Shown here: piece by piece, positions 45,379-59,374 of the stretch
Numbering within the stretch: the stretch's first letter is position 1
How the letters are laid out: each line of letters starts with the position of its first letter
Source of the DNA: the human T2T-CHM13v2.0 reference genome, Homo sapiens
Length of the DNA: 64,000 nt
Strand: one strand, 5' to 3'
Assembly (NCBI RefSeq): GCF_009914755.1
Contig: NC_060928.1
Position numbers and translations under genes: made by a program
The notes under the pieces: model-generated
What the model saw: only the letters and a program-made list of their open reading frames with translations
Told to the model about the DNA's origin: nothing
Databases searched by the model: none

Positions 45379-47004
45379 TCAAAAATAAAAAGTGATTTTC
45401 ACAGGTTAAATACAACAAAATTGATAATAATAAAAATTTGTATTCTAATGTTATGTGATATATGATTTTATGTTAATGATAATGTAGTGAGATTAGAAAT
45501 TGAGAAAGCTCACAGTAGCCCTTACAAGCAAATTAAAAACCCTTCCTGGTAAAATTCTTTAAGTTCAAAAGAAAACCATCAATAAAAGTGGTTACTTTTC
45601 TTTTTATTATTTACTTAAAAATTACAAAGTTAATATATTTTCACAGTAAAAAAAATTCAAACATCAAAAACAGATACTTTTCTTCTTTCTACACCCAAAT
45701 CTCCATTTGTCGCCTCAAATGTAATTACTATTAGTAACATCTTTGGTATGTTTCCAGAATTTGCCTATGAATTTTAAAACACACATATATGAAGAGGAAA
45801 AACACTGTGATAAATTAATGGAAGCTTTCTTTTTCTCTCCATTCTAAAAACTGTTTAATCATTTCAACAAGCCATTGTTCATTTCTTCAGAGGAGGATAA
45901 TATGGACTGAAGAAAAACACCAAAATTCTTTCTAACCACAAAAACATTCGAGCCGTCATCGTGCTCCAGAGTAGAAACTATCCCATTTACTTTAGTCTCC
46001 CTGACATTTTGTAGGTGTGAAACCTAAATTCCAGTGGACAGAGAGTATCCCCGCCTGGGTGTAGAAGGGAGTGTGGTGTAGCTGGTTACTGGCCATTGAA
46101 ACCTGTGCCCCGTGGGCTTCTCGGATGTGTACTCGATTCCATCTAAGTTTTGGCCATTGGCCCAGGGAGGGGCCATAGCTATTTTCTCCTTCATAAGACC
46201 ACTGGCCACCTCCTGGCTTTTGAGATCTCTGGTCCAAATCTGTCCTCTCAAACATGCACAGGGCGCTATCCCTCCATTTCTCATATCCTGCTGGCATGTA
46301 GGCACCCTAAGGAGAAGTCCCAGGCCCCTCTACCTGGACACGTGATTCTTTCAGAACCAGCACTTGCTGGCAGCTGAATGATCCTGAATTCTCTGATAGT
46401 TTCTTGGAAGAAGGAAGAACGTTCTCATCTTTGGATTTCCAAACCTACATGTTAGCTGTAGGTATGTCAACTATCATCATCACTTTATTTGCCTATCTGG
46501 CTACTTCTGCCTGCATTCATTCACCTGAATATTAATATGCATCCTTCTATTTCATAAAGGAATTCATACTTTAGATACTCTTCTGAAACTAGTAATAACT
46601 ATACTTTGGACAGCTTTTTATAAAAAATTCCATTATAGCAATGTACCACAATTGATTAAATCAGTTTCCAATTGTTGTATATTAATTTTCATCACTTTTT
46701 ATTTAACATTATAATAAACATGTACATCTATGTCTGACACTTTTTAAAATATATACTACATTTGTAAGATAGACTGTTTGAAGTAGAATTGCTTCGTAAG
46801 AAGGGATCCAAATTTAAAATGAGATGAAACTTGGACATTTTTATTGATGTTTAAAATATTTCATGTATACGTATGTGTATATGTATATGCACACGCATAT
46901 GCATACAAGTTTATATACACACGTGTAAATGTATATGTGCTAAACTTATATATCTGAAAACAGATATGATAACATTATACATGTTGAATGACTGTACTGC
47001 TAAT

Positions 47005-47223
47005 TTCTTCCCCCAATTCTGTCTCTCTATTTTCCCTTTAGTAATAAAACTCCTAAGTTTGGCTAGATACTTAATGGCCCAAACTCTTTGCAAATAAGTG
47101 TGGTTATATTTTAGACAATAGAATGCAAACGGATACCAACACCAGTTTGTGATTGTATTTTTATAAGGAGGCTGTGTGTCTTTCTCTCTCATTTTCCCCT
47201 TTCCACTAATTGCAAAATGATAC

Positions 47224-47261
<38 letters not shown>

Positions 47262-47470
47262 CAGGAGGAGTTGCCTTGCATCTCATGATGAAAACCACAA
47301 TCAAAGGATGAAAGAGTCACCCTACTAGCTTGAATTCCTTGATTATGTTGTGGAGCAGAGCAGTCCACCAACTCTTGACTATTCACTTTAGACTTGAGAT
47401 TTGAAAAAAAAATACTTCTTTTTAATTTAATCTGTATAAAATATCACGTTATAGCAATTTATCCTATATT
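47005..47470 (+). mobile_element. Old MLT1-like LTR remnant containing (ATA)n at 47224-47259
   Basis: agtaataaaactcctaagttt, ctttgcaaataagtgtgg, gtggagcagagc. Confidence 0.45.
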
Positions 47471-47489
47471 GCAAATAGACTTGTTTTTC

Positions 47490-48800
47490 CTTTTTTACTT
47501 TGTTTTTCCTCTTTTATCACAATCTCACTTTACATCAGCCTCTCTCTCTCCATAACCTCTCTTCCAAAGAATGCATGCTAATCACCTTGTAATTATTTTT
47601 TAAACGTAGATTCAGTCATGCAAAGACTTGTGTATACAAATATAAACATATATCTACACATATGCATTTTGAAATTTTTTTCTAAAATGGAATTACATTT
47701 TGTATACTTGTCTGCATCTTACATTTCCCATTCAAGAACACAAAATGACAATTCCTCTGAGTTGACTGATACAATTTTCTTTCTTTTTAACATGATTCTT
47801 GATTTAAATGTAAAATATTTCATTTAACCATTCTTCTAATGATTTCCAGTCACATTTTTCCAGTTTATTTTTTGCCACTGTAAACATATTATAATAAATA
47901 TTTGTATATCCTTAAAAATGTTAATATATTAGTGTTATTAGAAAAAATATAAACATATTTTTATTGAAATTGGTTTTGCTGGTGTGATTTTCAAAAAGAT
48001 TACAATGCTGCACATTTTCACAAGCAATGTCTGACAGTGTTCCTTTCATCACAGCCTCAACAACAGAAAAGTTTAGAATTCTTACTTTTACCAGTCTGAT
48101 GAACATAAAGAAGTATCTCATTGTTACCTTAATTTTTATGTCTTATTTACAAATAAATTTATTTTCCTGTGTTTCAGTATTTCAATTTGTGCCTTTATAA
48201 ACTGAAAATGTATATACATTAACCCTCTTTCTGTTGAATAATTTTTATTTCCATTGACACACTGTGTAAAATTTTCACACATACATATGCATACATACAT
48301 AAATATGTACGTGTGTACACTTTTTGTCTATCTTGGTCTTTGCGTTATATTTTTCCCAAATAATATGTTGGTCCACTTACTATGCATATGATATCTTTTA
48401 AATGTTCAATTAGAAAATATTTTGTGAAATGTCTGACATTTCTTTCATACATTTTGAGTTTTTAGAATTGTTCAAGTGGATCGCCATTAAAATGCTCATG
48501 TGATAGATTATCGTGAAGTAAGTTATTCTTTTTCACATTAAAAATTTAATATATATGAATTCTGTTTTTCCTTGTGACATAAAATTAATATCTATTTTTA
48601 TTTTCTTCCAAAATTGCAGGTTGTCCTTCAGCATTTATTAAATAATATTTTTTCCCCAAACTTATGGTACTACCTTTTTATGTGCAAAATTCTCATATAC
48701 AGTGTGATTTGTATTTGGGTTCTCTATTCTTTTCCACGGATACATTTTTTTCTAATTTCTACACTTACAGTAATTTTCTAAACTATATACATCAACATCA
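47490..48800 (-). mobile_element. Old L1 (L1ME-like) 3' fragments
   Basis: tttaaccattcttctaatgat, accagtctgatgaacataaagaagtatctcattgtt, cagcatttattaaataat. Confidence 0.55.
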
Positions 48801-49599
48801 AGTAGTAAAATACTCATTTTTCATGTCTTTTATGCCTTTAAATTTGTCACTCACACACACAAAAAATGCAACCAACAATGGGGTGGAATGTTTTGTTCTG
48901 GCTACATGGCATCATAAATTAAACATAAATTCTGTTGTTAAACCCCCTTCCCCAACAAAATTGAACAACTACAACAACAAAGACAACAAAAATTTTAAAA
49001 GCATAGAAGTGCTAGTAGAAAAAGGAAAAGAAAAACAAATACACACACAGAAAGAAAGATGAAATCTCTATGGAAGAGACACAAAGGAGGCACACATTGT
49101 AAATAATTTGGTTAAACATTACAGCAGTTGGAGGGACGTTGGTGGCAATCAGACCTGGGAATATTCGCTAATAACTATGGGCTTTGTTTTCCATGGCCAC
49201 AGATGCACAAGAAGTAAGCTCTTGAGAGCATTTAAGAAGGAAGTTGGAAAATAACACAAAAAGTGCCCCTGGATCAGTGATACACTATTGTGATTGGCTC
49301 AGCCGCAAAGAGAAAATCACCTGGAGGTAACAGTTGCTCCCCAAAGGCTGCGTGGGGTTTTCACAGCACTGGAAGAGGCCACACACAGGAGGCCGACGTG
49401 AGGTGGGGTTAGGACCTACTGTAACAAACTCTTATGAATGTTTTCCAAAGCATCCCAAAAGCTGCTTATTTATTTTATAAGGAAAATATAAAACGAATTC
49501 TAAACCAAAGGCGTTTTCCTCATTAAACACACACACCTGTTGTCCAATTTTCCATAGCTTGTTTGCTACTCTCTCTCTTGCCCCAACAGTGGATAAGAC

Positions 49600-51128
49600 A
49601 TTCTATAATTTTCATAAATCTATTAGCAAATGTTAAAAATAATGCATCAAAATCCAATAATGTTTATATCAGATATGTAATTATGTTTAATACAGGGATT
49701 TCTGTTATGAAAGATATGATCAAAATGGCCAAATATGAAATAGTAAAGTTGTTTACGGCATGGGCTTCAATGTCAAATGCCTAATGGTTCAAGTCTCGAC
49801 AGAACCGTGTCTGTGTGCCTATTTTACCCCTTCCATATTAGAAATATGATAAAACGGGAATCAAAGGAGTCCTTCTTAATTGTATAGAGTGGTGATCTAA
49901 AAACAATAGTCATTGTCATATTCAGGGTAATTTACAGATGCTATCTCTTACAAACAGGAATGTAAAAGGAATACAAACCTTCACAACTACTATGATGGGA
50001 CTGACATTTTGGAAAAAAAAAACAAGATAAAAAACTAAAAGAAATGAGTTCTAAAAAAGACAGATTTGTCATTATTTTTTAGCAATATAAATACATAAGT
50101 AACCAGTCAATAAATATACAAAATTAATACTTTTTTTTTTAAATGAAGCACAACACAGGAAAACTATATAAAACTTAGAAACTGTCCTCTCCACCAGCAC
50201 CAGCCACCTGGAAAATGTATTGAAAAAAGAGATCCCATTTACCATAGTACAAACAATAACATGTTGGCACAACCACAAAAGATCCGTTGTAGGACCTCCA
50301 GATTGAAAAAGTCATTGCGATGAAGGATTTGAAAGACACTTTCAAAAATGTAAAATTTATAGTGTGTTCCGTATTACTATTCCACTCTCCTTATACAGTA
50401 TACAGAAGTAGGTTCTAATTTTCAAAAGTTCCCAGAATTTGTTTTGGATATGGATGCAATTTAGATTCAAATTCTTTTGACTTCAAATTTAGTCAAATTC
50501 TTTTGACTTGGCTTTTACATGGCTTCAGATTTAATATTTTATGAAATATTTCATAATAGTTATATAGATATAACTATTATAACTATATAACTATATGAAA
50601 ACTATATATATAATTATATATAACTATTATAACTATGTATAGCTATATAGTTATATCTATATAACTATTATGAAATATTTCATAAAATACTAAATCTGAA
50701 GCCATATGAAAGCCAAGTCAAAAGAATTTTTGGCAGCATGGCATTGGAAAAGGAATAGAAAGACATCAGATCCATCCATTAATACATAGGTGATAGATAA
50801 GTATAACAAAATAGTCTCTAAGAAGAAACATTATAAAGATTTAATATGTAAAAAATGTGCTTATTCTAAATAACTCAGAATGATTAGGTGATTGAGAATT
50901 TGGGTGAAATTCAGTTGTGTGGGGAGTTTACTTTAGGTAACAAGGTAATAAACAGCTGGATTAAATAGTTTAATGATTCAGAGAATTATCATGGGAGAAA
51001 GAGCACATAAAATATTTTAACTGAGTATGAAAAATCTAGAGATTAAACAACTTTTTATCCCAAAACACAATAGAAATATTAACAGAGATTAGATATTTAA
51101 GGTATAAAAATTAAGACATAAAAATGTA
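49600..51128 (+). mobile_element. Old L1 ORF2 fragments, sense, containing a palindrome
   Basis: aaaagagatcccatttaccatagtac, gcatggcattggaaaaggaatagaaagac, ctggattaaatagtttaa. Confidence 0.55.
50495..50729. repeat. Near-perfect inverted repeat: 83-bp arms, 3 mismatches, 69-bp AT spacer
   Basis: 50495-50577 is the reverse complement of 50647-50729 (manual alignment). Confidence 0.95.
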
Positions 51129-51139
51129 ACAGAATTTAC

Positions 51140-52455
51140 TTTTCACGCCCTTCGTATGGATGAATCACATTTTGTGTATTCTTTCTGCCACCAATGGACA
51201 TTTACATTGTTACCACATTTGGGCTATTGTCAAAAGTGTTGTAATTAATATTTGTGTGTAAGTTTTTATCTGAACATCTGTTTTCAATTTTTCTGAATAT
51301 ATACCAGAGTGAAATTTGTGGGTCATGTGATGGCATTGAACTTACTGAGGAAACGCCAAACCATTTCCATAGTGGCTGTAGCATTTTGTAATCTATTCCC
51401 ACCAGCGATGTCTGATGTATGAGGGCTCCATTTCTCCACATCCTCACTAACACTTGTTATTTTTCATTTTAATTTTTGATTATTGCCGTCTTCATGAATA
51501 TGAAGCGGTATCTTACTCTGCTTTCGAATTGCACGTTCTTAATGACCACCACTGAGCGTTTTTCATGTGCTTGTTAAACATTTGTAGGTTTGCCTTGGAG
51601 AAATGTGTATTCAAGTCCTTTGCCAATTTTAAAAAAGAATTATCTTTTTGTTAATTGTAAGAGTTCTTTAGATATTTGGGTAACAAATACATGATTTGCA
51701 AATATTTCTCTCTCATTCTGTGGGTTGTCTTCACTTTCTTGACAGTGTAAAAGTTTTCTATTTTGATGTTCAAGTTATTTATTTTTTCTTTTGTTTCTTG
51801 TCCTTTCATTGTGATATCAAAGAATCTATTGCCAAATCTAAAATCATGTGTATCATGATTTTTTCTAAGTATTTTCTATGTGTTTATTCTTTTTATTGTT
51901 ATTTTAAATGGAATTATTTTCCCAGTTTCCTTTTCTGATCATTCATTGCTAATGTGTAGAAATGCAACTATATGTTTTATGTTGCATTATTTTGTTCTGC
52001 TTTTTTACTGAATTCATTTATAAACACAAATAGGTTTTTGATGTGTATTAATTCTTTAGGATTTGCTGTATATAACATCATGTTATGTAAGAATAGTGCT
52101 AGTTTCACTTTCTTTACAATTTGGATGCCTTTTATTTCATTTTCTTGCCTAATTGCTCTGGTGAAAATGTCCAGTATAATGTTAAACATTAGTGATGAAA
52201 CAGGACATTCTTGTCTTGCTACCAATCTCAGAGAGAAAATATCCAGTCTTTCTCTATTGAATATGATGTGAGCTGTGGATTTTTCATAAATATCCTCTAT
52301 TATGTTGAGGAAGCTCTCTTCTATTTGTAGGTTTCTTTGTGCTTTTATCACAAAAGAGTGTTGGATTTTGTCAAATGCTTTTTGTGCAGCTGAGATGATC
52401 ACGTGGTTTTTTTCACCTTTGTTTTATTAACATGACATTAATTAATTTTAGTATA
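51140..52455 (-). mobile_element. L1MB/MC ORF2 fragment, RT domain to C-terminus
   Basis: ORF 51977-52402 MIISAAQKAFDKIQHSF...RQECPVSSLMFNIIL...AIRQENEIKGIQ...LALFLHNMMLY is a decayed L1 RT; ORF 51202-51453 resembles the ORF2 C-terminus. Confidence 0.9.
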
Positions 52456-52459
52456 TTGT

Positions 52460-52720
52460 AGAGATGTATGTTTCATCCTATTTTTATGACATTCTTGAAA
52501 TGACAAAATTATAGAAATGTAGGAAAGATTAGCGGCTGCCAGGGATGAATGCGGGAGTTGGTGTGGGAAGGAAGCGGTGATGGCTGTTATAGGGCAGTAT
52601 GAGGAATGCTTGTGATGGTGATAGAGATGTTTTGTATCGAAACGGGTAAAGGGTATACTGGATTTCTGTATTATTTTACATTCTCATGTGAATTTACAAT
52701 TATCTCACAATAAAGGTTTT
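52460..52720 (+). mobile_element. L1MC/MD 3' UTR end, sense
   Basis: atgacattcttgaaatgacaaaattatagaaatg...gattagcggctgccaggga...catgtgaatttacaattatctcacaataaa. Confidence 0.8.
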
Positions 52721-55700
52721 TTAAGAAATGTAAATTTTTGTTAAGAAAAAATTAAGTGTGAACAAAGAACAGAAAAGCTTCATGAAAATGTTTTTGATTT
52801 ACCTATCCTCAGTGCCTAGCACACAGTAGTTGCTCAATAAATGAAAATATAAGTGATAGGATTATCTTTCCATTGCTTTAATGTACACACCTAAAAACAC
52901 TGGTTCTCAATTCTAATGAAGATGTGTGCTGAAAATGCAATTTAGAGTTGATGTCAATGCAAATTTGTAGAGTCCTATAGATATGTAATTTGACAGTTAA
53001 AATAAGATTTGGAGTGATAACTTTTGCTTTCATTTTCTTAATTCTTAATGCTATTTTAGTCTCTATTACAGTTATATTTTAAAATTTAATTCTCTAAATA
53101 TTCAGCACAGTTTAATTTGACAAAAACTTCCCATTCTAGTTTTATTTTAATGAAATAAATTGTGTAATATATTCAAACTATTAGGTCCTCTGTTACTTGC
53201 TCTAGGTTATCAGCTAATTTTTTGGTTAAATAAATTTAATAAAGTGCTTTCTTCTACAAATAATTATTCCAACTCTTGGGAAAGCACAAATGAATAAAAA
53301 ATACCATTCAAATGTCTGTTGAATGAAGACATTTTCTTTGGAAAGAAAACTTTTCAAGCCTTAAATGGAAACCACCTTCCCTATACATTTGTCCTCCAGG
53401 GTATAGCCTTACATTTGATTAACTTGAACTTCAAAAGGATAAATTTTATAGACCTATGTTTTCAACTCTAATGGATGGCATTTAGCATCTATTAAACAAA
53501 TATTTTAAGATTGCCCTAAGACTGTATACAGATTATACAGTTGGAGCTGCAAGTACATAAGCACCCAGCAGGCAGATACCATCCAGAGCAACATCAAATC
53601 TCCTTTGATGGCCATGCATTTCTAAACCTAGCTGCTATTTAGGGAGTTACTGAATTAACGTGGATTAAAACCCTGCTCAGTGGAGGATAAGGTCTGCTGA
53701 AGAACAGATGTTCTATATCAGTAAAAACTGTGTGCTCATCGTCGGAAAGATATTATGGGTCTTTCATCAGATATGTGTCTGGTGGTATTATCAATAGGGA
53801 AGAACTCTGACCTCAAAAGCCAAAACCTCGGGGAAGTGAGGAAATTCATGATTCTCAAAAAATAATCATAATTACCACTTTATATCACAGTATACTTCTA
53901 TCAAAACTCTACTCTCCCTCAATGAGTCTGTCAAATGAAGCAAATACCTAAATGCTTTCAGAATGTAGTATGAGAATGATTTTTTAAATCTCATAAATAA
54001 ATTGGAAGGAATTGAATTTCTATCACATAACATTTAGTATTAATGTACAAGTGACTAAATATTTTCCTTGGCTTAAACATCATTAAATTCATGATAATTA
54101 ATTAAAAAGAATTGTTTGTATTAATTGTTATTTGTATTACAAATGTTCATGATATGAATTTTATACATGTATATGTAAATATATACTTTTTTTTAGTGAC
54201 TGCATTTCATACCCCATGAGCATGAAATGTAGCATCTGGTTTTGACCGTGTGCATTCACTTCAAGGAAATAGGGAATAGAGTCAATTATGTAAGAAATTC
54301 AAGCCAAAATACATTTGTGATTTATTTATTCAACTATTTTTATATTCAATGTTGCATTTTATAAACTATTGCTTTATTTTTCCCAGGATAGAAATGAACA
54401 ACCTGGATTAAAACTCTGAAGCAATCAGATTATGTTTTTCTCTGGACGTTTACTTTCAAAAGTGGCATTTAATTTTTTAAAAATAAATAAAAATGATAAA
54501 AGTGGTTAGATTTATTATAATAATTTATAATAACCCAAGATAGGCTCCTATACAATCTGGAGAGAAAGATAGAGGTAAAACGTGAGAGAAACAAAGAAGA
54601 AAATCTTATTTTTTTTAAAACAAAGAAAATTAGACACAGAATCCCTGAAACAATGACAAGCTAGAGATATGGGAAGGGTCTCTTGCTCCAAATAATTGGT
54701 TTGATGTTAAAGGTAGAAGTGCTTGTTTCACATGCTAACAAATGAAGGCAAAGAACTCAGCTATGTTAGTGTGCTTCAAGGAAGAGTTCGTTTCTCTTTC
54801 AGCCTGTGTCCCACGTTTAAAGTGAAGTGTGGGTATGAAAGTTGTATGGTACACACTCTTGTGTTGTTTGACTAATTGTTTGGGGGTTTTTTTGGTAAGG
54901 AAAAAGGAATGGATAGAGTAACTTATACCTCAAACTTTTCCTGGCACTTCTCACCTTGTTGCCATTCAAAAATTTCGACACGTTTTAACTCTACTGATGT
55001 TACGATCAGTTGGAGAAAACAATCGCTTTTCCTTCAAACTTCTTTGTAATAGATGATGATGTTGCATGAGTCCTGACCAGCCTTTCCGAGAGAGGGCTCA
55101 GTAAATTTCTAAGGTACCAAATGTATTTTGAAAATACTGAGCCATCAACCTGCTCTTTGGTAAATCTAGTTTAATAAATACCAAAATGAGCAGACCAAGC
55201 CATCTGTGTTCTCTCTGCTTGTAATAAAAAAGGCATTTGTCTGATGATGACATGTTTTTCAGAGTGCACCAAGTACTTTATTTTATGATGGTATTTATGC
55301 AGCTTCCTCTAAATGAAATAATGCAAGATGTTTATTATTTCAGCATCTGCTCCCATATTCTCTTAGCCACTTCACCAGTGACTCACATTTCTTTGACACA
55401 AAAAAAATCATTAGATTGTTTCATCTGATAATTACACAGGTAGGTCTGTTTTCTTTTTGGCATATTGTTGACTTTCAATCCAACAAGTGCTATCAAAGAG
55501 AAATGTTAATTTTTTGAATTAAGGGAAAGAGAAAAAGTGAAATGGATAGTAATGAAAAGTATTTATAAACCAGTTCTGATCCTGTTTAAATTGCTATTGA
55601 TACATTTATTGATACCCCCTCCTGGTTTGGAAGGATTTAATATAGTTGCCCTGTATTAGATTTTGAATTCCTCTCATGTGACCAAGAATAAGATTTTTAA

Positions 55701-58700
55701 AAACCACAAATATTCACAATTGTTGTTACTATCATTATTATTGTTTCATTCTCAGAACCACTAAGGCTCAGCTGCTTTCCCTGTATTTACATACTAGAGA
55801 AGTAAATAGTGACAAGTGTTAAGTATTCACTTGAAGATCCTGCTCCAGAATATCTGCTTGGTTGTATTTTCATTGTGCTAAATTCTGACAGTTAACACGC
55901 TTCTCTTAAACACGATCTCTAACATATTTCATGCATTTGTACTTACATATATACTGTAGAACTTCAGGAAAGTCACCTCTAATTCCTGAATCAAATAGTG
56001 TATACTGAATACAGAACTGCAGGGGAATACATGATTTACTTAATATAACTGCAATTAACAGGAGTAGGAAAGATGTTTACATTTAGTAGCCTACTTTTAA
56101 AAAGCAAACAAAAACAAAAGAAGACAATAGAGAGCTCATCTGAGGATAGCACATATTACATAGCTCATGAGTTGGAATGTTGAGCTAGCACTCAGGTGCA
56201 GACCACACTGGAGTGTGAGGCCATCCCATTGCAGTCTGGCCTTTGGGTGCCCTTGTTGCACCAGTTAGTTTTTAAAATTCTGGGTATTGCCTTGGCTTAT
56301 TGGGGATTTTACATCCTGAGAAAAATCATAGATCTTAATAAATAAACCAAATGAGATCATGCATTACATGATTACCCCAAAGTTTCGCCTTTCATTTTTT
56401 ATTAATGTAGATATTCCATGTTAATTGGATACTACTGTATTCCCAAATATTTTACCTAGAAGATGTTGTTACCAAGGAAGACAGTAGAGGACTTGGTGTT
56501 TGAATGGAAAAGAGAGATGTGGAGGGTGGAGGTTTTCAATATTAGAAGAGGGTTAACGTGGGGTAAATTGAGATAAAAAATTGGGTTTTGGTCATGTTGA
56601 GATTCAGATTAGTGATAAGGCTAGTTTTTATTACTGGTTAAGCCAATGGATTACATTCACAAATATATTAAATATTCTCAACTGCAGTGACTGTGACTTT
56701 CATGTAATCAGAAACCACTACTAGATTTTACTGACTAAAACCTACAATCTACTTTTAACACTTTGCTATGGGTATAAAAGAAGGGGAATGACCACACTCC
56801 CACTTCCTTAGCCCATTCATCACACAGGCATAGTTGGCATATAGTGTCTAAACCAATACCTAAATTCAACCTATTGGAAGTGAGACAGTGGCTCAAATGA
56901 GTACCCCCTGATTGTCTATAGAGCGTAAGAACCACTTCAGGGTCCAGAAGAGAGCAAGCCAAAACTTGAAGCCTGTGATCAGAACGCTCCCTAACTCTGC
57001 GAGGCCAGAGAGACGTGTTGCAATTTACAATGTGCTTTGCTCGTTCCCAGAGTTCCCTAATATGAGGTTCTTTGCTTGTGGGGTGTGAGTCAAGCTTATT
57101 CACATGGTTAAGAACACATTAAAACAAGCCGACAGGAGTTTCCAGTGGTCCTTGGAGATAGTCTAAAATATGAAACGAAAGAAAATAAAGAGATCTAATT
57201 TAGCGAACAAAACACGTCCATCCAGACTCATAAACGGTGTGCTTATGTTCTTATTCCGTTTTATTTTGGTAATGGAAAAAAAGGCTTGGGGCAAATACAC
57301 AAGGATAATTCATGTTTCCTTCTTTTAGCTCAGAGCTGCTGTCCTCACTTAACCCCTCCAGCCACATCAACTTAACCTTGACAAATCAATTATTTTTCTT
57401 TCAGGAAAAAATCACTGTTATTGCCAATCCATAAAACCCATTAACCCTTCAAGAAAGAAACCATCAAAATTATGATTTTAAGATCTCAATTCAGAAAACT
57501 TTCCTGAAATAATAAGCGCACACACCTTAAACATAATTGGAGGATTCATTCTAAGAAATCCTCTTCCCAGTTTCCTCAGAAGTCTTTAGAGCTGTAATAC
57601 AGTGTGAGCTCTCAAAAGTTATTAAAACAAAGAAAAAAGTGGTAGCAAAAAATATGAAAATTATGAAGAAAAGGATAAATAGAATTTTTTTCTAATTTTG
57701 TATCTTTTTCATTTATATATATTCAGCAATTTTGCAAGGAGAAGGAGCAATTTTTTATACATTTCAGTACAGACCCACAAAATAAAAGTCCGTTTTTAGT
57801 GACAAGTTAAAATTCAATATAACCTATAATTAGTTTAGCAGTATGATAAATTTCACTATTTATATCTACCTTCTAATAATCTTACATTACAACGAAAGCT
57901 GCTATTTTAGGTAAGTTACCCTCTGCTCCTCGTGCTAGGGAGGAAAAAAGCAAAATGTGTTTAGACTCCCTGGCATTTTGAAAGTGTTGATTCCAATCCT
58001 CATTGAGAAGACAATGTGAGGTGTTTGACTCAAATTCATGTATTTCAGTTGCCATGCTTTAAACTTTAATAATTAAAGGAATCTTTTTCAAAAACTCATC
58101 AAAATCTTAGAGGTCAGGATAGTTTTATAATATCTACCAAGGGATAAACGAAGTAGTTTATCCCATTTGTAATTAAAATGCTCCAACAGAGAGCACCTTG
58201 CTCCATTATGAGGACACTTTGTGAATTTGACACTAATGTGTGTTTACCGTTTTAAATTTTTAAATTCTGACGTTCTAACAAACGTTCTAAGGGTACATAG
58301 GTTAGATATAAGAATAATTATGGTCTGTCAGTATTAATGACTGTTTCTCATAATCATTAATGGAAACAATTTTTTTGTTGTTTTCCTATCAGATAACTCC
58401 CTTTCTTATTTTCACAAATATCTATTTATGATATTTCTGTTGGTTATTTAGGAGTGCAGCTGTGCAGCTGTAATCATCTATCACTAGACAACTATTAAGT
58501 TTTTCATCATGTTTTACCAAAGTTAATTTGCAAAAGCTTTTTTAATGTTCACTAATGGTCTTTTCTGCATTAAAAAAATAAAAGCTCAATCATGCTATTT
58601 TATGGGATAGGTGAAGAATCCATTACACATTTTTCTAATTAATTAACCATTTCCTAAACATATGGATAAATAATGCACTAAAGCACTATTGGCATGTATT

Positions 58701-58930
58701 ACTGTTTAATTTTAGAATGCTCTATTTACACGTAGTAGGCCTAGGTCAAGGCGGGATGCTCTGCTCTGCTCTGCTCTGCTCATTGTGTGTCTCGTTTTCA
58801 GCAGCTGCACTGTGTCTTTGTATGTGGGCTTCATGATCTCTTTTACCATATGGTATCCTGTCTTCCTCACTGTGTTTTCCAATAAATGTCTACTTATTCT
58901 TGCCTGTTTGCTTCTGTTGATCAACTTTAG

Positions 58931-59245
<315 letters not shown>

Positions 59246-59374
59246 ATAACATTTTTTAAAGCACCAAAAGGAATGTAATTGGGTTTCTGTTTTATTTACA
59301 TGTTCACTTGAGACAAATAGAAGGTTTCCCAATATATATTATTCACATTCACAGTGATGTTATATAGCTCCATT

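Noticed and set aside
45992-46297. ORF with WSYEGENSYGP..QWPKL, superficially like a carbonic anhydrase N-terminus
   Set aside because: The match is short, and neither the downstream QSP motif nor the zinc-binding His pattern is present; likely chance
51977-52402. Reverse-transcriptase-like ORF as a novel RT system
   Set aside because: It is decayed L1 ORF2 with the catalytic FADD motif mutated to FLHN
56735-57103. 122-aa minus-strand ORF in unique sequence
   Set aside because: GTG start, no recognisable homology, and not in an open frame with the upstream acceptor
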